From: Candidatus Magasanikiibacteriota bacterium
GTDB taxonomy: Bacteria; Patescibacteriota; Patescibacteriia; Magasanikbacterales; UBA922
Direction of reading: 5' to 3'
Assembly: GCA_041665025.1 (NCBI GenBank)
Contig: JBAYJP010000001.1
Location: 211,996-275,995, forward strand
DNA: 64,000 nt
Every line of letters begins with the position of its first letter. Within the stretch, counting starts at the first letter, position 1. Positions 37,363-45,869 of this stretch are shown in pieces. Below the pieces are notes generated by a model. That model was not told the DNA's origin. It worked only from the letters and a program-made list of their open reading frames with translations, and ran no database searches. The position numbers were made by a program, and so were the translations under genes.

Positions 37363-39591
37363 ATGAATACAAAAGTTGACATACAAGAATTTTTTATCGA
37401 AGGGAATGATGACAAGGCTTCCCACGTCCTCCTCCACATAGCTGAACCCGTTACGCCCGAAGAGCAACAGCGAGGTTATTTTTTTGCATTAGCCGAAATA
37501 AATAATAGTTCACCAGAACAAATAGAACAACTTCAACAAGTAATCGATGAGATAGAGTCAGGATACTATGATACGTCGGCACCATACCATGAGACCATGT
37601 TTGAACAAATTCTTCAACGCGTCAATCGCCAAAGCCACCAACTGGTGCAATATACTGACAGCGACATTCACTGTGTGGTGGGCGCACTAAATAATAAAAA
37701 ACTCACGCTCGCATACCGCGGGTCACCCACCGCATCACTATTTTATCCTGATGCAGAAAGTTTCAAAGAAGCAAAAATTATTGATGGGGAAAGCGAGCTC
37801 ACTGAACAACTTTTTTCTGCTGTCGCAGAGGGTATCATAAACGAGGGAGATTATATATATTGTACCACGCCTCATGTGGAACAATATTTTTCTTCTGATC
37901 GAGTACGCAAAATCCTTCCTGGACGAACGACGCGCCAGACATCAGCTCATATCCAAAAATCCCTTGATAGTCTGAAAAATGAATATTCCTTCGGCGGCCT
38001 ATTTTTGCATCTGCCTAGACTGGCAGTCAATGCGGTCGTAGCGAAAAAAGCCCCGCAGTATGAAGAGGGTTCGGAAGCTTCCATGAATAATTTACTCAAT
38101 ACAACTCGATCGACTGCTGAAACTCTCTCACCTCCGGTCCTAAAACACATGAAAGGATCTATCCAGTCATTTCTCAAAAAAAACAAAGAGCACATACCCG
38201 AAGATCAACCTACAACCAAAAAATATGGATCGATTGAAACAAATTACCGCCCCTCTTCACATATACCCCAAGATACGGTGGGAAACAAATTTTTGATAGG
38301 CCTCGGACACGGTTTGGTATTTGTAGGAAAAGGATTATATATCATAGCCAAAAAGATAACTATTGCAATCGGGAGAGGTTCTGTATATTTTTTCTACATG
38401 GTTACCAACAGGCATGGCAGACGGACGCTTATGATGGACATGACTCGTTCGTACCTTCATACTAAACGCGGTACGTTTACAGATCTTGGCATGGGAGCAA
38501 AAGTATTGTCCATTGCACTTATGGCTCTGGTTATATTGTTCGTAGGAAGTATTGCTTATCTAAAAGTAAAAGAGCATAACGAGGCAAAACGGGCTCAATA
38601 TGAAAGTACGGTTGATTCAATTACCGAAAAAAAGAATGAGGCAGAATCTCGACTACTATATGGCGAGGAAACAAAAGCTCTTGGCCTATTACACGAAGCT
38701 CAGCAGATGCTTCAGAATTTGCCCCAAGACAATGATACTGAAAAAACAACATTCAACCAATTAAACCAGGATATTGACGGTGTTCTTAATAAATTACGAA
38801 AAATTTCATCGGTTGATGCGCAATTGGTTGTAGACTTAGTACAAACAAATACAGCTGTTCAGACAGACAAGCTCGTGCTCCTCGGAGACAAAGTCATGGC
38901 GTTTGGATCAACAGATACAAATATATATAGTGTGGATCCGGTTACAAAACAAGTAGAAATAAAAAAACACGACACCATTCCCTCTCTGTCATACGGAGAT
39001 GTACCCAAAGAAAATGATAAAATAATCTTTACCGTGCCACCAGACCGCATTGCAGAATATGACAGCCAGACACAAGCCCTTGTAGCCAAAGATATTTCAT
39101 TTCCAACACAAGATGTGGCTATAACTGACATTACATCATACAGCCGTCGTATATATGTATTGGATCCTTCGCATGAACAAATTTATAAGCACAACCCAAC
39201 TCAGACGGGCTACGATCGTGGGGCGTCATGGATTACCCAAAAAACGTCTTCTCTAAAAGACGCAGTTGCCTTGAGCGTAGATGGAGATATGTTTGTGCTT
39301 ACCAATAATTCTATTTTGAAATTTACGGCTGGCGAAGAACAATCTTTTACTATAAATGGACTTGATCCCGCTTTGAACAAAGCTTCAGACATATGGACAT
39401 ATGCTGATGCAAACAATTTGTATATCATTGAACCAACCAATAAACGCGTTATCTTGATAGATAAAGAAGGAAACTTCAAAGGCCAATACACTTCAAGTCT
39501 CTGGACAAACCCAACAGGCATCGCGGTACAAGAAAAAAATAAGACAATATTTGTTCTCGACAATAACAAGGTCTATCAATTTACGTTTTAA
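37363..39591 (+). CDS. Large membrane protein: PP2C-like N-terminus, TM, beta-propeller C-terminus
   Basis: GYFFALAEI, GIINEGDYIY; one TM; IYVLD, DGDMFVL, NLYIIEPTNKRV propeller blades. Confidence 0.6.
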   Translation: MNTKVDIQEFFIEGNDDKASHVLLHIAEPVTPEEQQRGYFFALAEINNSSPEQIEQLQQVIDEIESGYYDTSAPYHETMFEQILQRVNRQSHQLVQYTDSDIHCVVGALNNKKLTLAYRGSPTASLFYPDAESFKEAKIIDGESELTEQLFSAVAEGIINEGDYIYCTTPHVEQYFSSDRVRKILPGRTTRQTSAHIQKSLDSLKNEYSFGGLFLHLPRLAVNAVVAKKAPQYEEGSEASMNNLLNTTRSTAETLSPPVLKHMKGSIQSFLKKNKEHIPEDQPTTKKYGSIETNYRPSSHIPQDTVGNKFLIGLGHGLVFVGKGLYIIAKKITIAIGRGSVYFFYMVTNRHGRRTLMMDMTRSYLHTKRGTFTDLGMGAKVLSIALMALVILFVGSIAYLKVKEHNEAKRAQYESTVDSITEKKNEAESRLLYGEETKALGLLHEAQQMLQNLPQDNDTEKTTFNQLNQDIDGVLNKLRKISSVDAQLVVDLVQTNTAVQTDKLVLLGDKVMAFGSTDTNIYSVDPVTKQVEIKKHDTIPSLSYGDVPKENDKIIFTVPPDRIAEYDSQTQALVAKDISFPTQDVAITDITSYSRRIYVLDPSHEQIYKHNPTQTGYDRGASWITQKTSSLKDAVALSVDGDMFVLTNNSILKFTAGEEQSFTINGLDPALNKASDIWTYADANNLYIIEPTNKRVILIDKEGNFKGQYTSSLWTNPTGIAVQEKNKTIFVLDNNKVYQFTF

Positions 39592-39609
39592 CACATACAC
39601 ATCTAAAAC

Positions 39610-39640
39610 AAAACCACCCCGCTTAGCGGAGTGGTTTTTT
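39610..39640. terminator. Bidirectional intrinsic terminator
   Basis: AAAAACCAC.CCGC TTA GCGG.GTGGTTTTT between convergent genes. Confidence 0.8.
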
Positions 39641-39680
39641 ATTCAGTGTAACTCTTCGTTCACTTCTGTATTTCCGTGTA

Positions 39681-40085
39681 TTATTTCAAATTCACTTTTC
39701 CGCCAGCTTCCTCAATCTTTTTCTTCATTTCTTCTGCATCAGCTTTCTTTACATTTTCTTTTACTGTTTTTGGAGCTCCATCAACAAGAGCTTTTGCATC
39801 AGCAAGTCCAAGACCAGTAATTTCTTTGACAACTTTGATGACCGCAATTTTATTTGCACCAGATTCAGCAAGTTCAACATTGAACTCGCTCTTTTCTTCT
39901 GCGGCTGGAGCTGCACCAGCGGCTGGAGCTGCCATCATCATAGCTGGAGCTGCTGCTGATACGCCAAATTTTTCTTCGAGAACTTTGACTAATTCGGAAA
40001 GATCCAAAACAGACATCTTTTCGACTTGTTCCACGAGAGCCTTGAATTTCTCTGGAACTTCAACGATTGTTTTTTCTTCTGACAT
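39681..40085 (-). CDS. rplL: 50S ribosomal protein L7/L12
   Basis: [30 protein letters not shown]. Confidence 0.99.
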   Translation of the reverse strand: MSEEKTIVEVPEKFKALVEQVEKMSVLDLSELVKVLEEKFGVSAAAPAMMMAAPAAGAAPAAEEKSEFNVELAESGANKIAVIKVVKEITGLGLADAKALVDGAPKTVKENVKKADAEEMKKKIEEAGGKVNLK

Positions 40086-40093
40086 ATAAATAA

Positions 40094-40615
40094 TTAAGCT
40101 TTACTTTCTTTAATATTATTTAATACTCCGACCAAGTTTCTCAAATTCCCTGCTAGGACATTAACAAATCCTGAAACAGGTGCATTGATAGACCCGACCA
40201 ATCTTCCAAGCAATTCTTGCTTGGTTGGTACTTTTGAAAGTGATATAACTTCCTGCGCAGCGAGAAATCTGCCTTCAAGTATTCCGCCAAAAAATGTAAC
40301 ACTCTCATGTTTCTTGGCAAAATCTGCCAAGAGTTTTGCTGGAGCTACTTCATCCTCTATACCAAGCACAACCGCCACACCTCCACTAAAGGTTCCTGTG
40401 TCTACATCAAGTTTGAGGTCAGTAAGTATTCTCTGCAAGAGAGTCTTCTTGATTGCTGTGTATGTAATATTTTGGTTACGGCAAATTTTACGAAGTTCTT
40501 CAGAATCTTTTACTTTCAATCCTTGAAAATTTGCAAAAACTGCAGATTTTGATTTCTGTAGTGCAGCAGATAATTGTTCAAGAGATTGTTCTTTTTGTTG
40601 TCGTGTCTTAGCCAT
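40094..40615 (-). CDS. rplJ: 50S ribosomal protein L10
   Basis: GLKV..SEELRK, KKTL, GGILEG, LSKVPTK. Confidence 0.97.
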   Translation of the reverse strand: MAKTRQQKEQSLEQLSAALQKSKSAVFANFQGLKVKDSEELRKICRNQNITYTAIKKTLLQRILTDLKLDVDTGTFSGGVAVVLGIEDEVAPAKLLADFAKKHESVTFFGGILEGRFLAAQEVISLSKVPTKQELLGRLVGSINAPVSGFVNVLAGNLRNLVGVLNNIKESKA

Positions 40616-40618
40616 ATG

Positions 40619-40788
40619 CTAAGTTTTCTAAGTTAACTAAGTTGTCTAAGTCTTCTACGTTTAATAGCGCAGTAAAAACTCAAACAAAAAACTGTGGTTG
40701 TTCCACAGACCTTTATGTTATCCTTCGACCTTTTTGGCTGAATTTAGCTAAAGTATGATACTTAGCAAACCTAGTCAAATTAGAATAA
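40619..40788. repeat. 9-nt period CTAAGTnnn arms in the rplJ 5' region
   Basis: CTAAGTTTT CTAAGTTAA CTAAGTTGT CTAAGTCTT ... ACTTAGCAA ACCTAGTCA AATTAGAAT. Confidence 0.75.
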
Positions 40789-40830
40789 CCTCGGCAGGTA
40801 ATTAAGTCTTTCGACACCTGCTGTCTATGG
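40787..40830 (-). promoter_or_regulatory. Ribosomal protein L10 leader
   Basis: AGACAGCAGG TGTCGAAAGAC TTAATTA CCTGCCGAGG upstream of rplJ. Confidence 0.85.
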
Positions 40831-40881
40831 TAATAAACACAGATTACACTATGGCAAAAATTTTGTCAAGTGTAATCGAGC

Positions 40882-41047
40882 TTGTAGCGCCACGGGGAAT
40901 CGGCTTCATCTCTCACTCGCTTCCGCTCGTTCGGGCTAGCCACCGCCTCGCGGTCGCGCCTTACAGCAAAATCGGCGCGACTCGCTCCGGCGTTCGATTC
41001 CCTCGGTCTGCTCAAAAATAAAATCCCCCATTTAGGGGAATTTTATT
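40882..41047 (-). repeat. tRNA-linked element ending in a 21-bp copy of the tRNA-Glu 3' end
   Basis: TTGTAGCGCCACGGGGAATCG at 40882-40902 and at 41048-41068. Confidence 0.85.
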
Positions 41048-41050
41048 TTG

Positions 41051-41122
41051 TAGCGCCACGGGGAATCGAACCCCGATTCTCAGGATGAAAACCTGATGTC
41101 CTAACCATTAGACGATGGCGCC
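41051..41122 (-). tRNA. tRNA-Glu (TTC)
   Basis: GGCGCCA TCGTCTAATGG...TCAGG TTTTCAT CCTGA...GGTTCGATTCC. Confidence 0.96.
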
Positions 41123-41270
41123 ATGTAGAGGAATGTGCCAAAGTATACACTACTTTTTAGCAAGTCGTCAAGAGACAAAAACCATTATTCAATTAACAAC
41201 ACACAGGGATTGTGCTATAGTGATTACGTAAGAACTCACACATAAGCCTTAACTACTCTAACTAGACTAT

Positions 41271-42194
41271 ATGAATAAAACCAACACATTACTTATTATT
41301 CTCATCATCGTGGTACTCGGCGTATTTGGTATACTTGCCGCTCGCATATTTTCTCCAGAAGATTCATGGATCTGCGAAGAAACGGGCTGGGTAAAACATG
41401 GAAACCCAAGTAATCCGATGCCTACAACAGGATGTGGCCAAAATGAAACTACGACGACGAATGGCAACACTCAGCCATATACAAATGAAATAGTTGTTGA
41501 TACTCCGAAAATAAATGATGAAATAACAAGCCCACTCAGCATTACCGGTAAAGCCAGAGGAAGTTGGTACTTTGAAGGCTCTTTCCCTATTGAACTACTA
41601 AATGATAAAGGGGATAAGCTCACAACCGCTATTGCTACAGCTCAAGGTGAATGGATGACAACTGAGTTTGTACCTTTTACTGCCACGCTTGCATTTGAAC
41701 CCGGCGATGCGACTTCGGGAATGTTAATTGTAAAAAATGATAATCCGTCAGGAGATCCGTCAAAAGATAAACAGATTGCCATACCTGTTCAATTTAAACA
41801 AGAAACAATGACCGTGAAAATCTTCTTTAATAATGATAAAAATGACCCAAATCTTTCAGATTGTTCCAAAGTATATAGTGTAGAGCGCACTATTCCAAAA
41901 ACACAGGCAGTGGGTCGAGCGGCTCTCGAGCAACTATTTAAAGGATTATCAAAGGAAGAGGCGTATGAAGGATTTTTTGACAACATCCCGGCTGGAGTTA
42001 AAATCCAGAATTTAACCATAGAAAATGGAGTGGCAAAAGTTGATTTGAGTAAAGAATTAGAAGAAGGAGTTGGCGGTTCTTGCCGAGTAACTGCAATTAG
42101 AGCCCAAGTTACAGAAACGCTCAAACAATTCCCTACCGTCAAGGAGGTAATTATTTCTATTGATGGGCGTACCGAGGATATTTTGCAGCCCTAG
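41271..42194 (+). CDS. Gmad2 Ig-like plus GerMN domain protein
   Basis: SPLSITGKARGSWYFEGSFP, NDNPSG; AKVDLS, GGSCRV, TLKQFPTVKEV. Confidence 0.88.
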   Translation: MNKTNTLLIILIIVVLGVFGILAARIFSPEDSWICEETGWVKHGNPSNPMPTTGCGQNETTTTNGNTQPYTNEIVVDTPKINDEITSPLSITGKARGSWYFEGSFPIELLNDKGDKLTTAIATAQGEWMTTEFVPFTATLAFEPGDATSGMLIVKNDNPSGDPSKDKQIAIPVQFKQETMTVKIFFNNDKNDPNLSDCSKVYSVERTIPKTQAVGRAALEQLFKGLSKEEAYEGFFDNIPAGVKIQNLTIENGVAKVDLSKELEEGVGGSCRVTAIRAQVTETLKQFPTVKEVIISIDGRTEDILQP

Positions 42195-42263
42195 TTAACA
42201 CTTGAATAAACGATATAAAACAGGTACTATAAGGTGGCTATACTAGCCACTTTTAGTTATCCT

Positions 42264-42998
42264 ATGGAGATACAAGAGCTTAAACAAAAAATAGTCTTTT
42301 TTATCAAAGAAAAAGCTGGAGATAAACCAGTTGTTTTGGGTTTGAGCGGGGGGATAGATTCCGCCCTTGTCGCCTATCTTGCAGTCGAAGCGCTTGGCCC
42401 AAGCAATGTATATGGGGTTATACTTCCATCTTCAACCAACTCTAATCAGGATCTCATTTACGCAAAAAAAATAGCAACAAATCTTAATCTTCAATCTTTA
42501 ATCTTCAATCTTGAACCAATTTTAAAAGCTTACCAAGAATCTACCAATAAACTTTTTTTCTCAAAAAAATCTTTAGGTAATCTAAAAGCACGGATACGGA
42601 TGTCTATATCGTATGGTAAAGCAAATGAGCTAAACGCTCTCGTTCTTGGCACTGGCAACAAAACAGAACTTATGGTTGGTTATTTTACCAAATATGGCGA
42701 CGGCGGAGTTGATCTACTTCCCATTGGAGATTTATACAAAATTGAAGTGAGAGAACTTGCAAAGTATATTGGAGTACCGCAAGAAATTATTGACCGCGCG
42801 CCAACTGCCGGATTGTGGGAAGGACAAACTGACGAAGGCGAACTTGGAATAACATATAAGAAATTAGATAAAATTTTAATGGCAATAGAACGTGGAGAAA
42901 ATCTGGAGTATTTTGACAAGGACGATGTTGAACAAGTTAAACAGCGGATTAAAAATGCGGGACACAAACTCCGCACGCCTCCAATTTGCAAAATTTAA
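42264..42998 (+). CDS. nadE: NH3-dependent NAD+ synthetase
   Basis: GLSGGIDS, NLKARIRM, GYFTKYGDGG, PTAGLW. Confidence 0.96.
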   Translation: MEIQELKQKIVFFIKEKAGDKPVVLGLSGGIDSALVAYLAVEALGPSNVYGVILPSSTNSNQDLIYAKKIATNLNLQSLIFNLEPILKAYQESTNKLFFSKKSLGNLKARIRMSISYGKANELNALVLGTGNKTELMVGYFTKYGDGGVDLLPIGDLYKIEVRELAKYIGVPQEIIDRAPTAGLWEGQTDEGELGITYKKLDKILMAIERGENLEYFDKDDVEQVKQRIKNAGHKLRTPPICKI

Positions 42999-42999
42999 C

Positions 43000-43079
43000 A
43001 GAACACGAATATAGTAAATTAAACGAATCAAAACGAATTCGTTAAAATCAGTTTCATTCGTTCAATTCGCGTTCCATTA
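43000..43079. repeat. 9-nt period AACGAAT inverted repeat
   Basis: GAACACGAAT..AAACGAATC AAAACGAAT / TTCGTT..TTCATTCGTTCAATTCGCGTTC. Confidence 0.85.
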
Positions 43080-43083
43080 CGAT

Positions 43084-44436
43084 ATGTCAAAAGCGCTTTT
43101 TATAGGAAGATTTCAACCCTTTCACCTCGGCCACCTAGATGCACTAAAACAAATCACTGAAGACGAGATTATTATTGGGGTTGGAAGTTCACAATATAGC
43201 AGAACTGATGAAAATCCGTGGGCGTTTGAAGAACGAAAGCAAATGATTGAGCAGTCGCTTGCAAACGAACACTTTAATTATTCAATTACCGCGATACCTG
43301 ATATCCATGATGAAAAAAATTGGGTAGACCATGTAAAAAAAATCGTCGGTGATTTTGCTGTTGTATATACAGGCAATGATGTTGTCAAAAAATTATTTAA
43401 AGAGAAGGGATACAGAGTGAAAGAGGTAGGAGTTAAGGTTAAAATTTCTGGAACAGAAATACGCAAGGAAGCTAATCGACTATTTGAAAAACTTTCTAAA
43501 ACAAAGAGAACCATGTCCTACTGTTTGAGTATTGCGCCACTCACACTTGAAATAAATCAACTCAAAAAAGAACAAAATGCCATCATACTCGCCCACTCAT
43601 ATCAGACAACCGATATCATGTACGGCGTTGCAGATTTTATTGGCGATTCATATGGACTAGCAAAAATAGCATCACAACATGACGCGCAGAAAATAATTTT
43701 CTGTTCAGTACATTTCATGGGAGAAACGGCAAAAATATTAAATCCAAAAAAAGAAGTATTGGTACCGACAATGGCAGGATGCTCTCTTGCAGAGAGTATT
43801 ACCGCAAAAGATGTACGAAATCTAAAAGCAAAATATCCGGGAGTTCCTGTAATTACCTATGTGAACACAACGGCAGAAGTAAAAGCTGAAAGCGATATAT
43901 GCTGTACTTCGTCTAACGCCCTGAAAATTATAAACTCTTTGCCTAATGAACAAGTTATTTTTATTCCAGACAAACTCATGGGACAAAATCTACAGAAAAA
44001 GACAGACAAGAAACTTATTTTATGGAATGGAACGTGTATCGTGCATGAACAATTTGATAAGCAAGCTATAGACAATATCCGCGCACAATTTCCAGAAACA
44101 AAGATATTGGCACACTATGAATGTACATCATCGGTAGCTGATAATGTAGACATGGTCGGAAGTACCGGAGAAATGCTAAAATATGTACAAGAAAATCCTG
44201 CCGAACATTACATGCTTATTACTGAGTGTGGCATTACGGACAGAGTTCAAACAGAATTTCCAGATAAACACATTGTAGGCAGTTGTCAACTTTGCCCGTA
44301 TATGAAACAGATTAAATTAGAGGATGTGCTCACTGCATTACAAAATCCCAGAGAAGAGCAGATTATTTCTATTCCGAAGGATATACTTAAGAGAGCGAAA
44401 AAAAGTTTGGATAGGATGATGGAATTGGGCAAGTAA
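43084..44436 (+). CDS. nadA: NMN/NaMN adenylyltransferase (NadM-like) fused to quinolinate synthase NadA
   Basis: N-terminal GRFQPFHLGH and ISGTEIR; C-terminal LAHSYQ, GDSYGL, GCSLA, YVNT, GTCIVH, CPYMK. Confidence 0.93.
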   Translation: MSKALFIGRFQPFHLGHLDALKQITEDEIIIGVGSSQYSRTDENPWAFEERKQMIEQSLANEHFNYSITAIPDIHDEKNWVDHVKKIVGDFAVVYTGNDVVKKLFKEKGYRVKEVGVKVKISGTEIRKEANRLFEKLSKTKRTMSYCLSIAPLTLEINQLKKEQNAIILAHSYQTTDIMYGVADFIGDSYGLAKIASQHDAQKIIFCSVHFMGETAKILNPKKEVLVPTMAGCSLAESITAKDVRNLKAKYPGVPVITYVNTTAEVKAESDICCTSSNALKIINSLPNEQVIFIPDKLMGQNLQKKTDKKLILWNGTCIVHEQFDKQAIDNIRAQFPETKILAHYECTSSVADNVDMVGSTGEMLKYVQENPAEHYMLITECGITDRVQTEFPDKHIVGSCQLCPYMKQIKLEDVLTALQNPREEQIISIPKDILKRAKKSLDRMMELGK

Positions 44437-44555
44437 ACAAAAAACCGCTTTTCAGCAGTTCTTTGAAAAAATAGTATGTCCATGGTAAAACTTTATATAT
44501 TGTATAATATACAAAGTTCTCGCCATGGACACCTCCTTGCCAAGCGAGAAAAAGA

Positions 44556-44849
44556 TCAGCGTGCGCTAAAAGAGATCTTTTCGCGTGGGATCCTCTTGCC
44601 CCAAGCCCGGGCACACTCCCGCTCGTGTCTCTCCACACAACCGATCTTGATCAGGTAGGCCAGCACAGAATAGACGTTGCTGTGCCGCACCCTCCAGGTC
44701 GTATCCTCAACGATCCTTACGGCACTCCACTGCTTACCCGGCGTCCCGCTGAGAAGTCTGAAGACCTCATCGCGTGCCGGACGCACAATGAGGTCATAGT
44801 GGAGAAAGACACCAACCAAAACACCGCCGACTATGACCAAAAGCCACAT
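44556..44849 (-). CDS. Small GC-rich membrane-anchored protein, possible winged helix
   Basis: GGAGG RBS, N-terminal TM, VYSVLAYLIKIGCVE helix-wing pattern. Confidence 0.55.
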   Translation of the reverse strand: MWLLVIVGGVLVGVFLHYDLIVRPARDEVFRLLSGTPGKQWSAVRIVEDTTWRVRHSNVYSVLAYLIKIGCVERHERECARAWGKRIPREKISFSAR

Positions 44850-44912
44850 CGCAGTACCTCCGGGGTTGTTGTTTCATTTTTATTCTAACACAAAAAATCA
44901 AAATCTCATAGT

Positions 44913-45782
44913 ATGACAAAAAAACAACTCATCAAAAAATACTTCAACCAAAAAGAAAAACTCAATCTCAAAAATCCCCAATATCTAAAACAAGTAAAAA
45001 CCTTTACGTCTTTTTTGCTTGAAGAAGATCTGCAAGACAATGGCGATATTACCACAAATACTATTATCAAAGGAAATCCAAAAGTAACAGCTATCATAAA
45101 AACAAAAGAAAATGGCATCCTCGCTGGACTAGAAGAAACACGTTGGTTTCTTACGGCCTACGGCTTAAGACTTACGACTTACAAAAAAGATGAAAACATC
45201 ATAAAAAAAGGTACTAAAATAATGAAAATCACCGGTGGAATTAAAGATATACTAAAAATTGAACGGGCCATTTTAAATTTACTTCAACGCATGAGTGGAA
45301 TCGCTACACAAACCAACAAACTCGTCAAAATCACTAAAAACAAAGTACTCATCTGCCCTACCCGCAAAACACAGTGGGGACTACTCGACAAAAAAGCTGT
45401 CACACTTGGCGGTGGCGGAACGCATAGACTTGGATTATATGATTGGATTCTGATAAAAGACAACCATCTCAAACAAATTTCAAATTTCAAATTTCAAATT
45501 TCAAATTTTTGGGAAATTGAAGCGAAAACCAAAAAACAAGTAGATCAGTTTATCAAGCTCAAACCAAGTGCACTGATGTTTGATAACTTTCAACCAAAAG
45601 ATATTAAAAACATACTGCAAAAATATAAAAAAAATATTACAAATACTATAATTTTTGAAGCATCAGGTGGCATTACAGAAAAAAATATTGTAGAGTATGC
45701 AAAGACAGGAGTAGATGTTATTTCACTTGGTTCACTCACTCACTCTACAAAAGCACTTGATATTTCTTTGGACATTTTATAA
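44913..45782 (+). CDS. nadC: Quinolinate phosphoribosyltransferase
   Basis: GDITT, ERAILNLLQRMSGIAT, TRKT, HRLGL, KDNH, EASGGI. Confidence 0.96.
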   Translation: MTKKQLIKKYFNQKEKLNLKNPQYLKQVKTFTSFLLEEDLQDNGDITTNTIIKGNPKVTAIIKTKENGILAGLEETRWFLTAYGLRLTTYKKDENIIKKGTKIMKITGGIKDILKIERAILNLLQRMSGIATQTNKLVKITKNKVLICPTRKTQWGLLDKKAVTLGGGGTHRLGLYDWILIKDNHLKQISNFKFQISNFWEIEAKTKKQVDQFIKLKPSALMFDNFQPKDIKNILQKYKKNITNTIIFEASGGITEKNIVEYAKTGVDVISLGSLTHSTKALDISLDIL

Positions 45783-45869
45783 TTCGTTTCGATTCGTTAG
45801 ATCCGTTTCATTCGTGTTCTATTTCTTAATGGCACACAAATTGAACGAATTAAACGAATATGAACGAAT
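45781..45869. repeat. AACGAAT-family arms in swapped order
   Basis: ATTCGTT-type arm first, then AACGAAT-type arm that supplies the nadB start codon. Confidence 0.85.

Noticed and set aside
39676-40552. Long antisense ORFs over rplL/rplJ and other conserved genes
   Set aside because: Shadow frames of real genes with no independent signals.
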